Shown here in pieces: positions 1 to 9,787 of a stretch of DNA of 64,000 nt. The notes below the pieces were generated by a model. That model was not told where the DNA came from. It made no database searches and saw only the letters and a program-made list of their open reading frames with translations. Positions within the stretch are counted from its first letter, which is position 1, and each line of letters begins with the position of its first letter. The stretch is taken from positions 856,916-920,915 of the forward strand of contig NZ_CP020921.1 in the NCBI RefSeq assembly GCF_003057965.1, written 5' to 3'. The stretch is from Thermodesulfobium acidiphilum. GTDB lineage: Bacteria > Thermodesulfobiota > Thermodesulfobiia > Thermodesulfobiales > Thermodesulfobiaceae. Position numbers and translations under genes: made by a program.

Positions 1-280
1 CTATGAAAATGAAGTTTTTACGCATTATGCTGCAGCTACTAGCATTCTTAGTTCGGTTGCAGATGTTGCTTTTGGCATTCAATATACTGCTGATTTTTTG
101 GGTTTGGATTTTATTCCCTGGAAAAAAGAAAATTTTGAACTTTGTATTTGTAAAAATAGTTTAAATGATCCTAAGATTTTGTCTTTGATTGACTTAATTA
201 AAAGTAAATCCTTTATTGATGCGAATTTAAATTTTAGCGGTTATGATTTTTCTGATACGGGTAAAATAAGGGAGGTTTAA
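1..280 (+). CDS. Partial (5' truncated) PBP-like substrate-binding domain protein (MoeA-PBP or HTH-PBP molybdate/tungstate type)
   Basis: Frame open from base 2: YENEVFTHYAAATSILSSVADVAFGI...LGLDFIP...GYD..DTGKI; directly precedes moaA. Confidence 0.75.
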   Translation, partial: YENEVFTHYAAATSILSSVADVAFGIQYTADFLGLDFIPWKKENFELCICKNSLNDPKILSLIDLIKSKSFIDANLNFSGYDFSDTGKIREV

Positions 281-281
281 A

Positions 282-1256
282 TTGGTAGATTTATTTGGAA
301 GAAATATAGATTATGCTAGAATTTCAATTACCGATAGATGTAACTATAGATGTATCTATTGTATGCCTGAGGAAGGTGTAAATTTTATTCCTCACGAAGA
401 AATTTTGCGTTTTGAAGAAATAGTTAGGATTATAAAGATTTTAAAGGAATTAGGAATAAAGAAAGTGAGATTAACAGGGGGAGAACCATTAGTAAGAAAA
501 AATGTAGTAGAACTTATTAGAAGAATAACAGAAATCAAACTGGACGATGTGTCCCTTACTACCAACGGTTCCCTATTAAAGATATATGCTGAAGATTTAT
601 TTAAATCAGGGTTAAGGAGATTAAACATTAGTCTTGATACTTTAAATTGTGAAAGATTTACAAGTATTACTCGAAAGGGTACTCTTATAGACGTTTTAGA
701 AGGAATAGAAAAGGCTATTTCAGTAGGTTTTAATCCTGTGAAGTTAAACGTAGTTGTCATGAAAGGGATTAACGATCAAGATGATCTGATTGCTCTTGCA
801 AATCTTACAAGGGAGAGAGAAATTCACGTAAGATTTATTGAGATAATGCCTATTGGGGATAACGATCAAAATGATAAGTTTATTAGTTGTGAGGAAATAA
901 TGGAAAATATATCGAAGTTTTTTAAGCTTGAAAGCACAAAGGGTCCTTTTGGAAATGGTCCAGCAGAATATTACAAGCTTGAAAACTCAAAGGGTACTAT
1001 AGGTTTTATTTCTCCACTTAGCAAACACTTTTGTGCGAAATGTAACAGAATAAGAATTACATCAGATGGAATGATAAGGCTTTGTTTGTTCTCTGACGTT
1101 GAATATAATTTAAAAGAAAAACTAAGATCAAATTTAACTGACGAAGAAATAAAAAAATTTATTTTAGAAACTTTGTTTTATAAGCCAAAAGGTCATCCGT
1201 ATATTCAAAAAGCTAGAGAAATTTATCATAGAAACATGTCTGCTATTGGAGGATAA
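282..1256 (+). CDS. moaA: GTP 3',8-cyclase MoaA
   Basis: CNYRCIYC radical SAM motif, CAKCNRIR..C second cluster, C-terminal MSAIGG. Confidence 0.97.
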   Translation: MVDLFGRNIDYARISITDRCNYRCIYCMPEEGVNFIPHEEILRFEEIVRIIKILKELGIKKVRLTGGEPLVRKNVVELIRRITEIKLDDVSLTTNGSLLKIYAEDLFKSGLRRLNISLDTLNCERFTSITRKGTLIDVLEGIEKAISVGFNPVKLNVVVMKGINDQDDLIALANLTREREIHVRFIEIMPIGDNDQNDKFISCEEIMENISKFFKLESTKGPFGNGPAEYYKLENSKGTIGFISPLSKHFCAKCNRIRITSDGMIRLCLFSDVEYNLKEKLRSNLTDEEIKKFILETLFYKPKGHPYIQKAREIYHRNMSAIGG

Positions 1257-1257
1257 A

Positions 1258-1722
1258 ATGTTTACTCATTTAGATAATAAAGGAAAAGCTCATATGGTAG
1301 ATATTGGAAAAAAGATTGATACTATAAGAGAGGCTAAAGCTCAAGCTTTTATTAGATTGACCGAAAAAACTCTTAATATAATAAAGGATCAAAATATTCC
1401 AAAAGGTGATATATTTTCCACAGCAAGAATTGCTGGGATTTTAGCTGCAAAAAAAACATGGGAACTGATCCCATTAACTCATCCAATACCAATTAATCAA
1501 ATTAGTATAGATTTTGAGGTTAAAGAAAATGGGATCATGATATTTTCTCAAGTAAAAACTAATTTTAAAACTGGAGTGGAAATGGAAGCGTTGGTAGCAG
1601 TTAATTTAGCAGCATTAACGATTTACGATATGATAAAAGCTGTTGAAAGAGGAGCTGTTATCGAGGATGTAAAGTTATTATATAAATCTGGTGGCAAATC
1701 TGGCACATATGAGTATACCTAA
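1258..1722 (+). CDS. moaC: Cyclic pyranopterin monophosphate synthase MoaC
   Basis: FTHLD..G.AHMVD, LIPLTHP, TGVEMEAL, KSGGKSG; ATG 1258 follows GGAGG. Confidence 0.96.
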   Translation: MFTHLDNKGKAHMVDIGKKIDTIREAKAQAFIRLTEKTLNIIKDQNIPKGDIFSTARIAGILAAKKTWELIPLTHPIPINQISIDFEVKENGIMIFSQVKTNFKTGVEMEALVAVNLAALTIYDMIKAVERGAVIEDVKLLYKSGGKSGTYEYT

Positions 1723-1757
1723 TAAATTAATAAAAAAACTTTTTTGAGGTGTAAACT

Positions 1758-2255
1758 ATGGATAAAAAAGTTACATTTGCCGTAGTAACGCTATCTGATT
1801 CTGGATACAAAGGAGAAAGAGAAGACCTTAGTGGGGAAAAAATTATTGAAATTTGTAAAGAAAGGGGTTTTTTACTGTCTTGTTATGAAATTTTGCCAGA
1901 TGAAAAGAATTTATTGATAGAAAAGCTGATTGAACTTTCTAACCAAAAAATAAACCTAATTTTAACAACTGGTGGAACAGGTTTTTCTGAAAGAGATATC
2001 ACACCTGAAGCTACTAGAGAAGTTATAGAAAAAGAGATACCCGGAATTCCTGAGGCTATGAGAAGTCTTAGTCTTAAAAAAACCAATAGAGCAATGCTTA
2101 CAAGAGGAATATGTGGAATTAGAATGAAGACAATAATTTTAAATTTACCTGGTAGTGTAAAGGCAGTAGAAGAGTGTTTAAACTTTGTTATTGATCCTCT
2201 TGAACATGGAATTGATATATTAATGGGTTGGGACAAAAATTGTGCAAGAACATAA
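1758..2255 (+). CDS. mog: MogA/MoaB molybdopterin adenylyltransferase
   Basis: TLSD, TTGGTGFSERDITPEA, NLPGS motifs. Confidence 0.9.
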   Translation: MDKKVTFAVVTLSDSGYKGEREDLSGEKIIEICKERGFLLSCYEILPDEKNLLIEKLIELSNQKINLILTTGGTGFSERDITPEATREVIEKEIPGIPEAMRSLSLKKTNRAMLTRGICGIRMKTIILNLPGSVKAVEECLNFVIDPLEHGIDILMGWDKNCART

Positions 2256-3384
2256 GAGGAATAAAAGAAACTATTCAGAAATAGTTGAAGAACTTTTAAA
2301 ATATTTACCTTCTGTTGGTTCACAAGAGGTTTTATCTTCTGATTGCGTAGGCGAAATATTAAGTGAAGACATAATTTTAAAAGAAAATTACCCTAACTGT
2401 TTTATTAGTAAATATGATGGATATCTATGCAAAGGCAATTCTCCATTTAAATTAATTAAAGAAATATATCCTAAAGATGAATTGAATTTTTCTATAGAGG
2501 AGGGCTGCTGTGTATTTCTTGCTACTGGCTCCGCTGTAAAGGAAATAAAAGAAGAACTGAAATTCTTTAAGATAGAAGATGTAGATGTTAAGGATAGTTA
2601 TATAATTCCGATAGCTGATGATACTAAAAATAATTGGATAAAACCAGGAAGTGAACTTAAATCTGGTGAAAAAATTTTCTCGCGTGGCAAAAAAATTTCT
2701 TATAAAGATAAATTTGCCTTAGAACTTTTAAATATTAGATTTGTTAAAGTTTTTAAAAGATTAAATTTAAGTATAATTAATACTGGATCTGAGTTAGTTA
2801 ATGAAAGTGATGAACCTAATGTTACACCTCTATCAAGCTGGATAATTGCTCCTATTGCACAGTTTGATGGTTTTAATGTAATTCATTCAGGTCCAATTGC
2901 TGATGAAGAATACCTTTTAGAAGAAATTTTAGAAGAAAATTTGAATAGCGATATAATATTGTTTATTGGTTCGACTGGTAAAGGGAAAAGAGATCTTATT
3001 AGAGGAGTTTTAAATAAAAAGGCTAATCCAATATTTGAGATTTTCAATACTCCTGTAGGCAAAAATAGTTATGCTTATTTGTGTGAAAATAAGTTAATTT
3101 TAGGCTTCTCCGGAATTATACAAGCAAGTGTAGCGCTTTATTATCTAATTTTACGAAATTTGATATTTAAACAAAGAAAGCTCCCCGTGGAAAATCTTGC
3201 TGATTTTTGTGATTTTTTAGAAAAGCCTGAAATCGGTAGAAGCAATTGGTATAAAAGCGAGAATATTGAAAGTGGTAGAATTATTTTAAAAAAGTGTAAT
3301 TTTTTGAATTCTGAATTCTTAGGCTTTTATTTCGATGAAAAGCTATTTATACAGAGAACGAATTTTTTTAATCAAGTTTTTTAA
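2242..3384 (+). CDS. Divergent MoeA-like molybdopterin molybdotransferase
   Basis: Degenerate MoeA motifs SKYDGY, ATGSA, NTGSEL, GSTGKGKRD, PVGK; located in the Moco operon. Confidence 0.7.
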   Translation: MQEHKRNKRNYSEIVEELLKYLPSVGSQEVLSSDCVGEILSEDIILKENYPNCFISKYDGYLCKGNSPFKLIKEIYPKDELNFSIEEGCCVFLATGSAVKEIKEELKFFKIEDVDVKDSYIIPIADDTKNNWIKPGSELKSGEKIFSRGKKISYKDKFALELLNIRFVKVFKRLNLSIINTGSELVNESDEPNVTPLSSWIIAPIAQFDGFNVIHSGPIADEEYLLEEILEENLNSDIILFIGSTGKGKRDLIRGVLNKKANPIFEIFNTPVGKNSYAYLCENKLILGFSGIIQASVALYYLILRNLIFKQRKLPVENLADFCDFLEKPEIGRSNWYKSENIESGRIILKKCNFLNSEFLGFYFDEKLFIQRTNFFNQVF

Positions 3385-3402
3385 TTTCTTAACCGGTTAA
3401 AA

Positions 3403-3411
3403 TGATATAAT
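3403..3411 (+). promoter_or_regulatory. Extended -10 promoter (TGaTATAAT), with palindrome TTAACCGGTTAA at 3389-3400 just upstream
   Basis: Consensus match about 90 bp upstream of the AMIN gene start. Confidence 0.45.
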
Positions 3412-3502
3412 GTTTTAAATTAGCTTTAACTTAGGATTTTTTAGATATTATATTTAGTAAATCTTTATTTAACTAATTTTTTAATCGTGGGGTGAGAGTG
3501 AA

Positions 3503-4557
3503 ATGAAACTTTTTTTAGCTTTTTAACTTTAATTTTTTTACTAACTAATGTGGACGTTGCTTATGCTGACATACTGTCAAATGTACAAAATATCTCTTAC
3601 AAGGCTACAGAAAATGGAGTGGAGGTTTTTGTTTACGTTCATGGTAATCCGAATTTTAATTATTTTAGATTACCTGATGGAAGAATAGTATTAGATATCG
3701 ATAATTCAATTATTTCTAAGAAGAACAATATAATAACGAAATCTCCTATTGCAAGAGAAATTCGCTTTGCTCAAAATACACCTAATAAAGTTAGAGTAGT
3801 TATAGAAAGTGATAAAAATTATCCATATATTGTATCTAAAAGAGCCGATGGTTTAGAAGTTAATATAGGAAATTTTAAAATGCCAAGCAATAGTTCAGAA
3901 AATGTTGACAATAATTCATCTGTACATGATTATTTAAACAATTCTACTTCATTTCAAGATATTAGGAGAAATTTCATTGAGAGGCAGCCAGAAATTATTG
4001 GAAATACCGATGTCAACAATCCAGGTAATCTTAGATCTAAATATGGTGGGTTTAATAGCTATAAAGATATAAATTCTGGCATATATGCTGCTTACTATAA
4101 TATTATTAGAAAACCAGGTTTTTACAATGGTGGGAATGAATCTATCAAGAATATTATTTATACGTGGGCACCTCCTAGTGAAAACAATTCCTCACGATAT
4201 TTAGATGATGTAATAAAGTATTGCAATAGATTTGGTTTAAACATAAACCCTGATACAAATTTTGCTAGTCTATCACTTGAACAGCAAGAAATAGTTTTGT
4301 GTGCAATGTTTAATAAAGAAGGAAATAGGGACTGGATAAATATTACAAGAAATCTATCTGAACAGCAAAAAATAGCTTTAATTAATAATTCTATTTTAGA
4401 ATATTCTTCTTTAAATTATATCGCATCTAACTCTGGTGGATCACAGCATCTTGTATCAAACCCTACAACACAAACAAGCAAAATTAAAGAATCTTCGCAA
4501 GGAATAGATAAAATCTTAGGTAAAACAATTGTTGGAATACTTCGAGCTATCTTTTAA
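3503..4557 (+). CDS. AMIN-domain protein with phage virion lysozyme-like (NNPGNLR) domain; start frameshifted in a T7 tract
   Basis: AMIN motifs RIVLDID, IRFAQN..KVRVVIE; NNPGNLR and WAPPSENN; SD plus ATG 3503 is out of frame with ORF 3550-4557. Confidence 0.7.
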
Positions 4558-4591
4558 ACTCTGCATAAATTAAGTTTTTTCAGCAAACTCA

Positions 4592-5305
4592 TTGGATGGT
4601 GATAAATTGGAGTCAAAAGTAATAGTTGCACTTGACTTAGAAGATTTAAGAGAAATAGAAGAAACAGTTAGAGAACTTTCAATATTAACGAAGTGGTTTA
4701 AAATAGGGTATCAAATGATTTCTTCCATTGGTATAAAAGAATCTGTAAGAATTGTAAAATCATTTAACTGTAATGTGTTTCTAGATATGAAATTGTATGA
4801 TATTCCTAATACAGTGGCTAGGGCCATAAGAAATCTCACGAAACTAGACATTGATATGCTTACGATACACATAAGTGGTGGCTCAAAGATGATAAAAGAA
4901 GCTTTAAAAAGTATTGATGATGGAAGTGATGTCAAGCTTTTAGGGGTAACGCTTTTAACTAGTTTTTCTAAAGAAGAAGCAAAAAAAATTTATAATCAGG
5001 ATGAAACTATTGATGTTGTTAAGAAATTTGCAAGAATTGGTTATGATATGGGATTGAGGGGTTTTGTTTGTAGTCCTCATGAGCTAAAAGCTTTAAAAAG
5101 TGAATTTTCAGACTGTATTTTTGTTGTGCCAGGAATAAGGCCATCGTGGAGTCTTAAAAATGATCAAGAAAGATTTGCAACCCCTTATGAAGCAAAATTG
5201 AACGGTGCAACGTATATTGTGGTTGGCAGACCTATAATAAAACCAAATAATAATTTAAAACCATCATATGCACTAAAATCTATCATTGAGGAGTTTAGTA
5301 AATGA
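4592..5305 (+). CDS. pyrF: Orotidine-5'-phosphate decarboxylase
   Basis: IVALD, FLDMKLYDIPNTV, PGIRP, DQ.R, VVGRPI; likely start TTG 4607. Confidence 0.96.
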   Translation: MDGDKLESKVIVALDLEDLREIEETVRELSILTKWFKIGYQMISSIGIKESVRIVKSFNCNVFLDMKLYDIPNTVARAIRNLTKLDIDMLTIHISGGSKMIKEALKSIDDGSDVKLLGVTLLTSFSKEEAKKIYNQDETIDVVKKFARIGYDMGLRGFVCSPHELKALKSEFSDCIFVVPGIRPSWSLKNDQERFATPYEAKLNGATYIVVGRPIIKPNNNLKPSYALKSIIEEFSK

Positions 5306-5919
5306 GTGAAAACAATGAAATATTGACTATTTTAAGAGAACATAATGCTATTGTTTATGGACATTTTTTGTATACATCGGGTAAACATGGTGAAGTTTAT
5401 ATTAATAAAGATGCTATATATATAAAACCAAAAGTGGTCTCAGAACTTTGTTTGAAGATGTCAATTATGGTAAGGGATATAGATTTTGAAGTTGTTTGCG
5501 CACCCACAATTGGTGGAGTAATACTCTCACAGTGGATTGCTTATCACAGTTCAAATTTAAAAAACACAGAAATATTATCTGTATTTTCTGAAGAAGTAAA
5601 CGGAAAAAGGGTTTTGAAAAGAGGATATGATAAGGTTGTTGAAAACAAAAAAATTTTAGTAGTTGATGATATTCTCACTACAGGTTCATCGATAAAAAAA
5701 GTAATTAGTGCAGTAAAGGATTGTAAAGGGATTATTCAAGGTAGTGTCTGTTTGGTAAATAGGGGTAAAGTAAATGCTAGGGACATAGACTCACCATTTT
5801 TGTCAAGCCTTTTAAGTATTGATTTTAAATCATACGAACCTGAAGAATGTCCTCTATGTAAAAGGAATATTCCTATTAATACCGATCTTGGTAAGGGTAA
5901 GAAATTGCAAAATTTATGA
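5302..5919 (+). CDS. pyrE: Orotate phosphoribosyltransferase
   Basis: GHF..TSGKH, VVDDILTTGSS PRPP loop, CPLC tail; ATGA overlap with pyrF. Confidence 0.93.
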   Translation: MSENNEILTILREHNAIVYGHFLYTSGKHGEVYINKDAIYIKPKVVSELCLKMSIMVRDIDFEVVCAPTIGGVILSQWIAYHSSNLKNTEILSVFSEEVNGKRVLKRGYDKVVENKKILVVDDILTTGSSIKKVISAVKDCKGIIQGSVCLVNRGKVNARDIDSPFLSSLLSIDFKSYEPEECPLCKRNIPINTDLGKGKKLQNL

Positions 5920-7166
5920 TATCAAATGAAAAGTGGAGATTTAAATTTATATCAAATGTTTTTAATGTTGAAGTTTTTCTGATAAACTTTATTAATGAGA
6001 ATAGTTTTTATATTGAGGCAATTATAAATAATAAGGAAACAACTACAGTATCAAAAAAATTTTTAGATTTTGTAAAAAAAAATCGTTATAAAGATTATAA
6101 GTTGCCATTTTTATATAAGGAAAAGGGCTACACATATCTCGAAGAATATTACTATCTGGATTACAGTACGTATATTATGTTTAAATTTAACACGAAAAAT
6201 ATACCAAATTTTAGAGAATTTAATGAGTTTAAAGATACTTTGATTCTTCAATCTCTTAATTCAAACCCCTGCAAAAAGCTGTTTGCAAGTGATTTTTCGT
6301 CTGAAGATGGAATTGTTGTTTTAGATGAGAACGCTAATGAACTGTATGCCTCTTCTAATGCAAAACTAATTTGTACAAAGGCTACAAATGTTATTGATTT
6401 TTATAATAAGGGTATATGGAGGGAATTTCTTTCAAAAAGTAAATTTATATGCCCAAAATTTTTTATAAAAACGCTTAGAAATGAAAATTATATGGCAAAT
6501 TTAGAATTTCACCCAATTTTTAAGGAAAATAAATTGAAATACTTTATTATAGTCGTAAAGGATTTATCAAAAAAATTATTATTAGAAGTTGAAAAACAAA
6601 AACAGTTGAATACAATGAAGGAAATTAATCATATGATTAAAAACAATCTTCAAATAATTAAAAGCATAATGAATATAAAATCACGGAGATTATCTGATAA
6701 AGAACTTATTGACGATATTTCAATAAAACTTGAATGTCTTGCAAGGGTACACGAACAATTAATCAAACTTTCTGAAGAATTATCTCTTAAAACGTTGTTA
6801 GAAAGTTTATTTAAAGTTCTAATTAATTCTGGTAGGGAAAAGTTGTACGTTTATGGTGATCTTATAGGTGAATATCAGAAAATGTTGCTATTAATACTTG
6901 CTCTCATCGAATTAATGCAAAATTCGCTAAAATATGCATTTTTAACTGAAGAAAAGTCCAAAATATTTATCTCAATAGTTAAAAGCTTTGAAAAAATTAG
7001 AATTACATATCAAGATTTTGGTGAGTTTAAATCTGAAGAATTCATTTCTAAAGGATATGGCAGCGATCTTATAAGGGCACTCTTAATTAATGGCCTGAAC
7101 GCCTCCTTTGTGCGAGTGCCTGTAAAGAAGGGGACTTTATTTGAAATTATCTTAGAAAATTTTTGA
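5916..7166 (+). CDS. Cytoplasmic sensor histidine kinase, HisKA_2 (PdtaS/EutW-like)
   Basis: H-box EINHMIKNNLQ, N-box ELMQNSLKYAF, G-box KGYG. Confidence 0.8.
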   Translation: MISNEKWRFKFISNVFNVEVFLINFINENSFYIEAIINNKETTTVSKKFLDFVKKNRYKDYKLPFLYKEKGYTYLEEYYYLDYSTYIMFKFNTKNIPNFREFNEFKDTLILQSLNSNPCKKLFASDFSSEDGIVVLDENANELYASSNAKLICTKATNVIDFYNKGIWREFLSKSKFICPKFFIKTLRNENYMANLEFHPIFKENKLKYFIIVVKDLSKKLLLEVEKQKQLNTMKEINHMIKNNLQIIKSIMNIKSRRLSDKELIDDISIKLECLARVHEQLIKLSEELSLKTLLESLFKVLINSGREKLYVYGDLIGEYQKMLLLILALIELMQNSLKYAFLTEEKSKIFISIVKSFEKIRITYQDFGEFKSEEFISKGYGSDLIRALLINGLNASFVRVPVKKGTLFEIILENF

Positions 7167-7209
7167 TAATTTTTGATATTATTTTTAATAAAAGTTTTGG
7201 AGGTAAAGT

Positions 7210-7839
7210 ATGAAGAGTGATATAAAGTTGTCAGCTAAGAATAAAGATCAGATAAGAATTTTTATTGCCGATGATGAGTTTCTGATTAGATTGGATATGA
7301 AGGAGGAATTAGATAGAGAGGGTTTTAAAGTGATTGGGGAGGCTAAAGACGGTGTTGAGGCACTTTCTGAGATAATTAGATTAAAGCCTGATGTAAGTAT
7401 TATAGATATCATGATGCCACATATGGACGGTTTAAAGTTGGCTAAGAGGTTAAAAGATGAAGATTTAGGTGCTGTTGTTTTTTTGACTGCTTATAATAAC
7501 AAAGATTTTATAGATAGAGCATCTAAAATTGGTGCTTTTTCTTATTTGTTGAAACCATATAGAATTAGTGAATTAAAGAGCGCTATTCTTCTTGCCTTTG
7601 AGAGATATAAAGATAATAAAATATTAAGAGAAAAAAATATAGAGCTCGAAGAATCAATTAAAACAAAGAATTCATTATATCGAGCAAAATTGTTCATAAT
7701 AGAACAAACTCGCTTGAGTGAAAATGAGATACATAAAAGAATGCAAGAATATTCAATGAAAAATAGAATCTCTTTAAGAGAACTTTCTGATCTGATTTTA
7801 AAAACTAAGAATATACCTGAAGGAATCAAAAATCCTTAA
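7210..7839 (+). CDS. ANTAR-domain response regulator (PdtaR/EutV-like)
   Basis: REC domain (ADDE, DIMMP, LTAY, KP) plus ANTAR-like RAK...LSENE..KRMQEYSMKNRISL. Confidence 0.88.
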   Translation: MKSDIKLSAKNKDQIRIFIADDEFLIRLDMKEELDREGFKVIGEAKDGVEALSEIIRLKPDVSIIDIMMPHMDGLKLAKRLKDEDLGAVVFLTAYNNKDFIDRASKIGAFSYLLKPYRISELKSAILLAFERYKDNKILREKNIELEESIKTKNSLYRAKLFIIEQTRLSENEIHKRMQEYSMKNRISLRELSDLILKTKNIPEGIKNP

Positions 7840-8875
7840 ATATTTTTGGGTTTACTTCATAACCTATCTCGTAGAGATCTGATCCGATCTCTTCCTGATT
7901 AGGATGATATCGTAAATTTGAGAATTTGCTTATTAGTTTTATAGTAATTAGATTTGATAACCAGATATAAATAATAGTAAAAATAAAAATAAAAATTATT
8001 CCAAAGCCTTTTATTAAACTTAAAGTAATTATTAGAAAGATCAGGCTTATTGCAACTGGTACTACAAGAAAAAGCGGATCGTCAAACAAAAAATTTACTT
8101 CAATTTTGTTTTGTATGTATATATTTATAAATGATACTATAAACGTTAAAACTAAAATAACATAGGATGGGGTAATTAGATTACTGGAAACAGTAAAAAT
8201 CATAAATGTAAAAAGTGATGAAATTAAAATTAAGGGGTCTACTTTTTTAGCAATAAAGATGGATGAAAGCGAACTAGCTATTATTGATAAAGAAAAATTT
8301 GAGAAAACAAACTGTAACCAACCTGGATCATATCCCTGGAAGAAGCTAATTGTAGAAAATATGAAGGTTAATGAGCCAAAATAAATAAAGAGTATATTGT
8401 TTCCTGGTATTGCCATAGATCTTCCATCCTTTGTAAATCTACCTATGCGCGGCCCTATAAGTTGACTGACAGAAAAGCTGGATATGGATGAGTAAAGTGC
8501 TACCAGAAAAATAAAAGCAAGTTTAAGTGAATTATAAAAGTTGAATTGCTTTGAAAGTAGTAGAAATAAGAAAGAATAAAGTGGGTAAATCAATAAAACT
8601 TGAAATGTTGAGTATATTAAAATAATTTTTATTGAAGTTTTCTCAATAAATTGAGTTATGATTATTGATAATGCAAATAATGAAAATACAAAGTATATAA
8701 TGTTAATTTGTAAGTTTAGTGTGTAAAAAAGAACTATAGGTAAGAAGTTTAGTGCGCTCAAAATAATAAAAGTAGTAATTAGAGTTAATACGTTCTTTGA
8801 TCTAATAGAACCTACTGCTAAAATTTGAAATCCCAGAAAGGCTATTAAAAATGATATGTAATTAAAATAATTCAT
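7826..8875 (-). CDS. Highly degenerate ammonium transporter (Amt) family membrane protein
   Basis: Amt loop motifs GF...GSIRSKN, IYP, GPRIGRF, IPGNN, DDP, LR....EEIGSD..E.G. Confidence 0.75.
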   Translation of the reverse strand: MNYFNYISFLIAFLGFQILAVGSIRSKNVLTLITTFIILSALNFLPIVLFYTLNLQINIIYFVFSLFALSIIITQFIEKTSIKIILIYSTFQVLLIYPLYSFLFLLLSKQFNFYNSLKLAFIFLVALYSSISSFSVSQLIGPRIGRFTKDGRSMAIPGNNILFIYFGSLTFIFSTISFFQGYDPGWLQFVFSNFSLSIIASSLSSIFIAKKVDPLILISSLFTFMIFTVSSNLITPSYVILVLTFIVSFINIYIQNKIEVNFLFDDPLFLVVPVAISLIFLIITLSLIKGFGIIFIFIFTIIYIWLSNLITIKLISKFSNLRYHPNQEEIGSDLYEIGYEVNPKIFKDF

Positions 8876-8978
8876 GATAATATTTTATATCAATTTTAAA
8901 AAAATATCCTGGTTTGTTTACCTCTTAATGTTATATTTAAAAGAAAATTGTTAAAACTGAGTTATAATATTTCCTAAA

Positions 8979-9770
8979 TTGTTTATAAGGAGTTTAACTT
9001 TGAAAGAAAGATTAAAAATAATTAAAAAATGTGCATTAGAAGCAGGTGAAATATTAAAATATTATTATTCAAATGAATTACATACTAGATTTAAAGGCAA
9101 GATTGATATGGTTACTGATGCTGATATAAGTTCTCAAGAAAAAATTATAAACATTATAAGATCAGAATTTCCTCATGACGAAATAATAGCTGAGGAAAAT
9201 TCAAAAAATACATATAATTTTAAGTCTACCTGGATTATTGATCCATTGGATGGGACGACAAATTTCATTCATAGGCTTCCATGGTTTGCTATATCTATCG
9301 CTTATATCAAAGATAATGAAATAAAAATTGGTTTGGTTTATATACCGCTATTAAATGAATTTTTTCTTGCTATTAAAGGTGAAGGTGCATTTCTTAATGA
9401 TGAAAAAATTTTTGTAAGTAAAGAAGATAACTTGGAAAAATGTCTTGTCGGGACCGGATTTCCTTATTCAATTCATGAAAACTATGAGGAGATAGTCAGA
9501 AGATTTAAAAATATCCTGATAAACGTAAGGGGGATTAGAAGACCAGGTGCTGCTGCACAAGACCTGGCTTATGTAGCGTGTGGCAGATTTGATGCTTTTT
9601 ATGAGGATGGGTTAAAGCCCTGGGATGTCGCTGCTGGAATACTTTTGGTTAGTGAGGCTGGTGGAAAAGTAACAGATTATGATGGTAACGAATATATAAT
9701 TGGACAATCAGATCAGATATTGGCATCGAATTTTTTGTTGCATGACAAAATTATGAAACTTCTTTCTTAA
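8979..9770 (+). CDS. suhB: Inositol monophosphatase family protein
   Basis: VTDAD, AEE, WIIDPLDGTTNF, WDVAAG. Confidence 0.92.
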   Translation: MFIRSLTLKERLKIIKKCALEAGEILKYYYSNELHTRFKGKIDMVTDADISSQEKIINIIRSEFPHDEIIAEENSKNTYNFKSTWIIDPLDGTTNFIHRLPWFAISIAYIKDNEIKIGLVYIPLLNEFFLAIKGEGAFLNDEKIFVSKEDNLEKCLVGTGFPYSIHENYEEIVRRFKNILINVRGIRRPGAAAQDLAYVACGRFDAFYEDGLKPWDVAAGILLVSEAGGKVTDYDGNEYIIGQSDQILASNFLLHDKIMKLLS

Positions 9771-9787
9771 GGATTTGGAAGTTCGAA

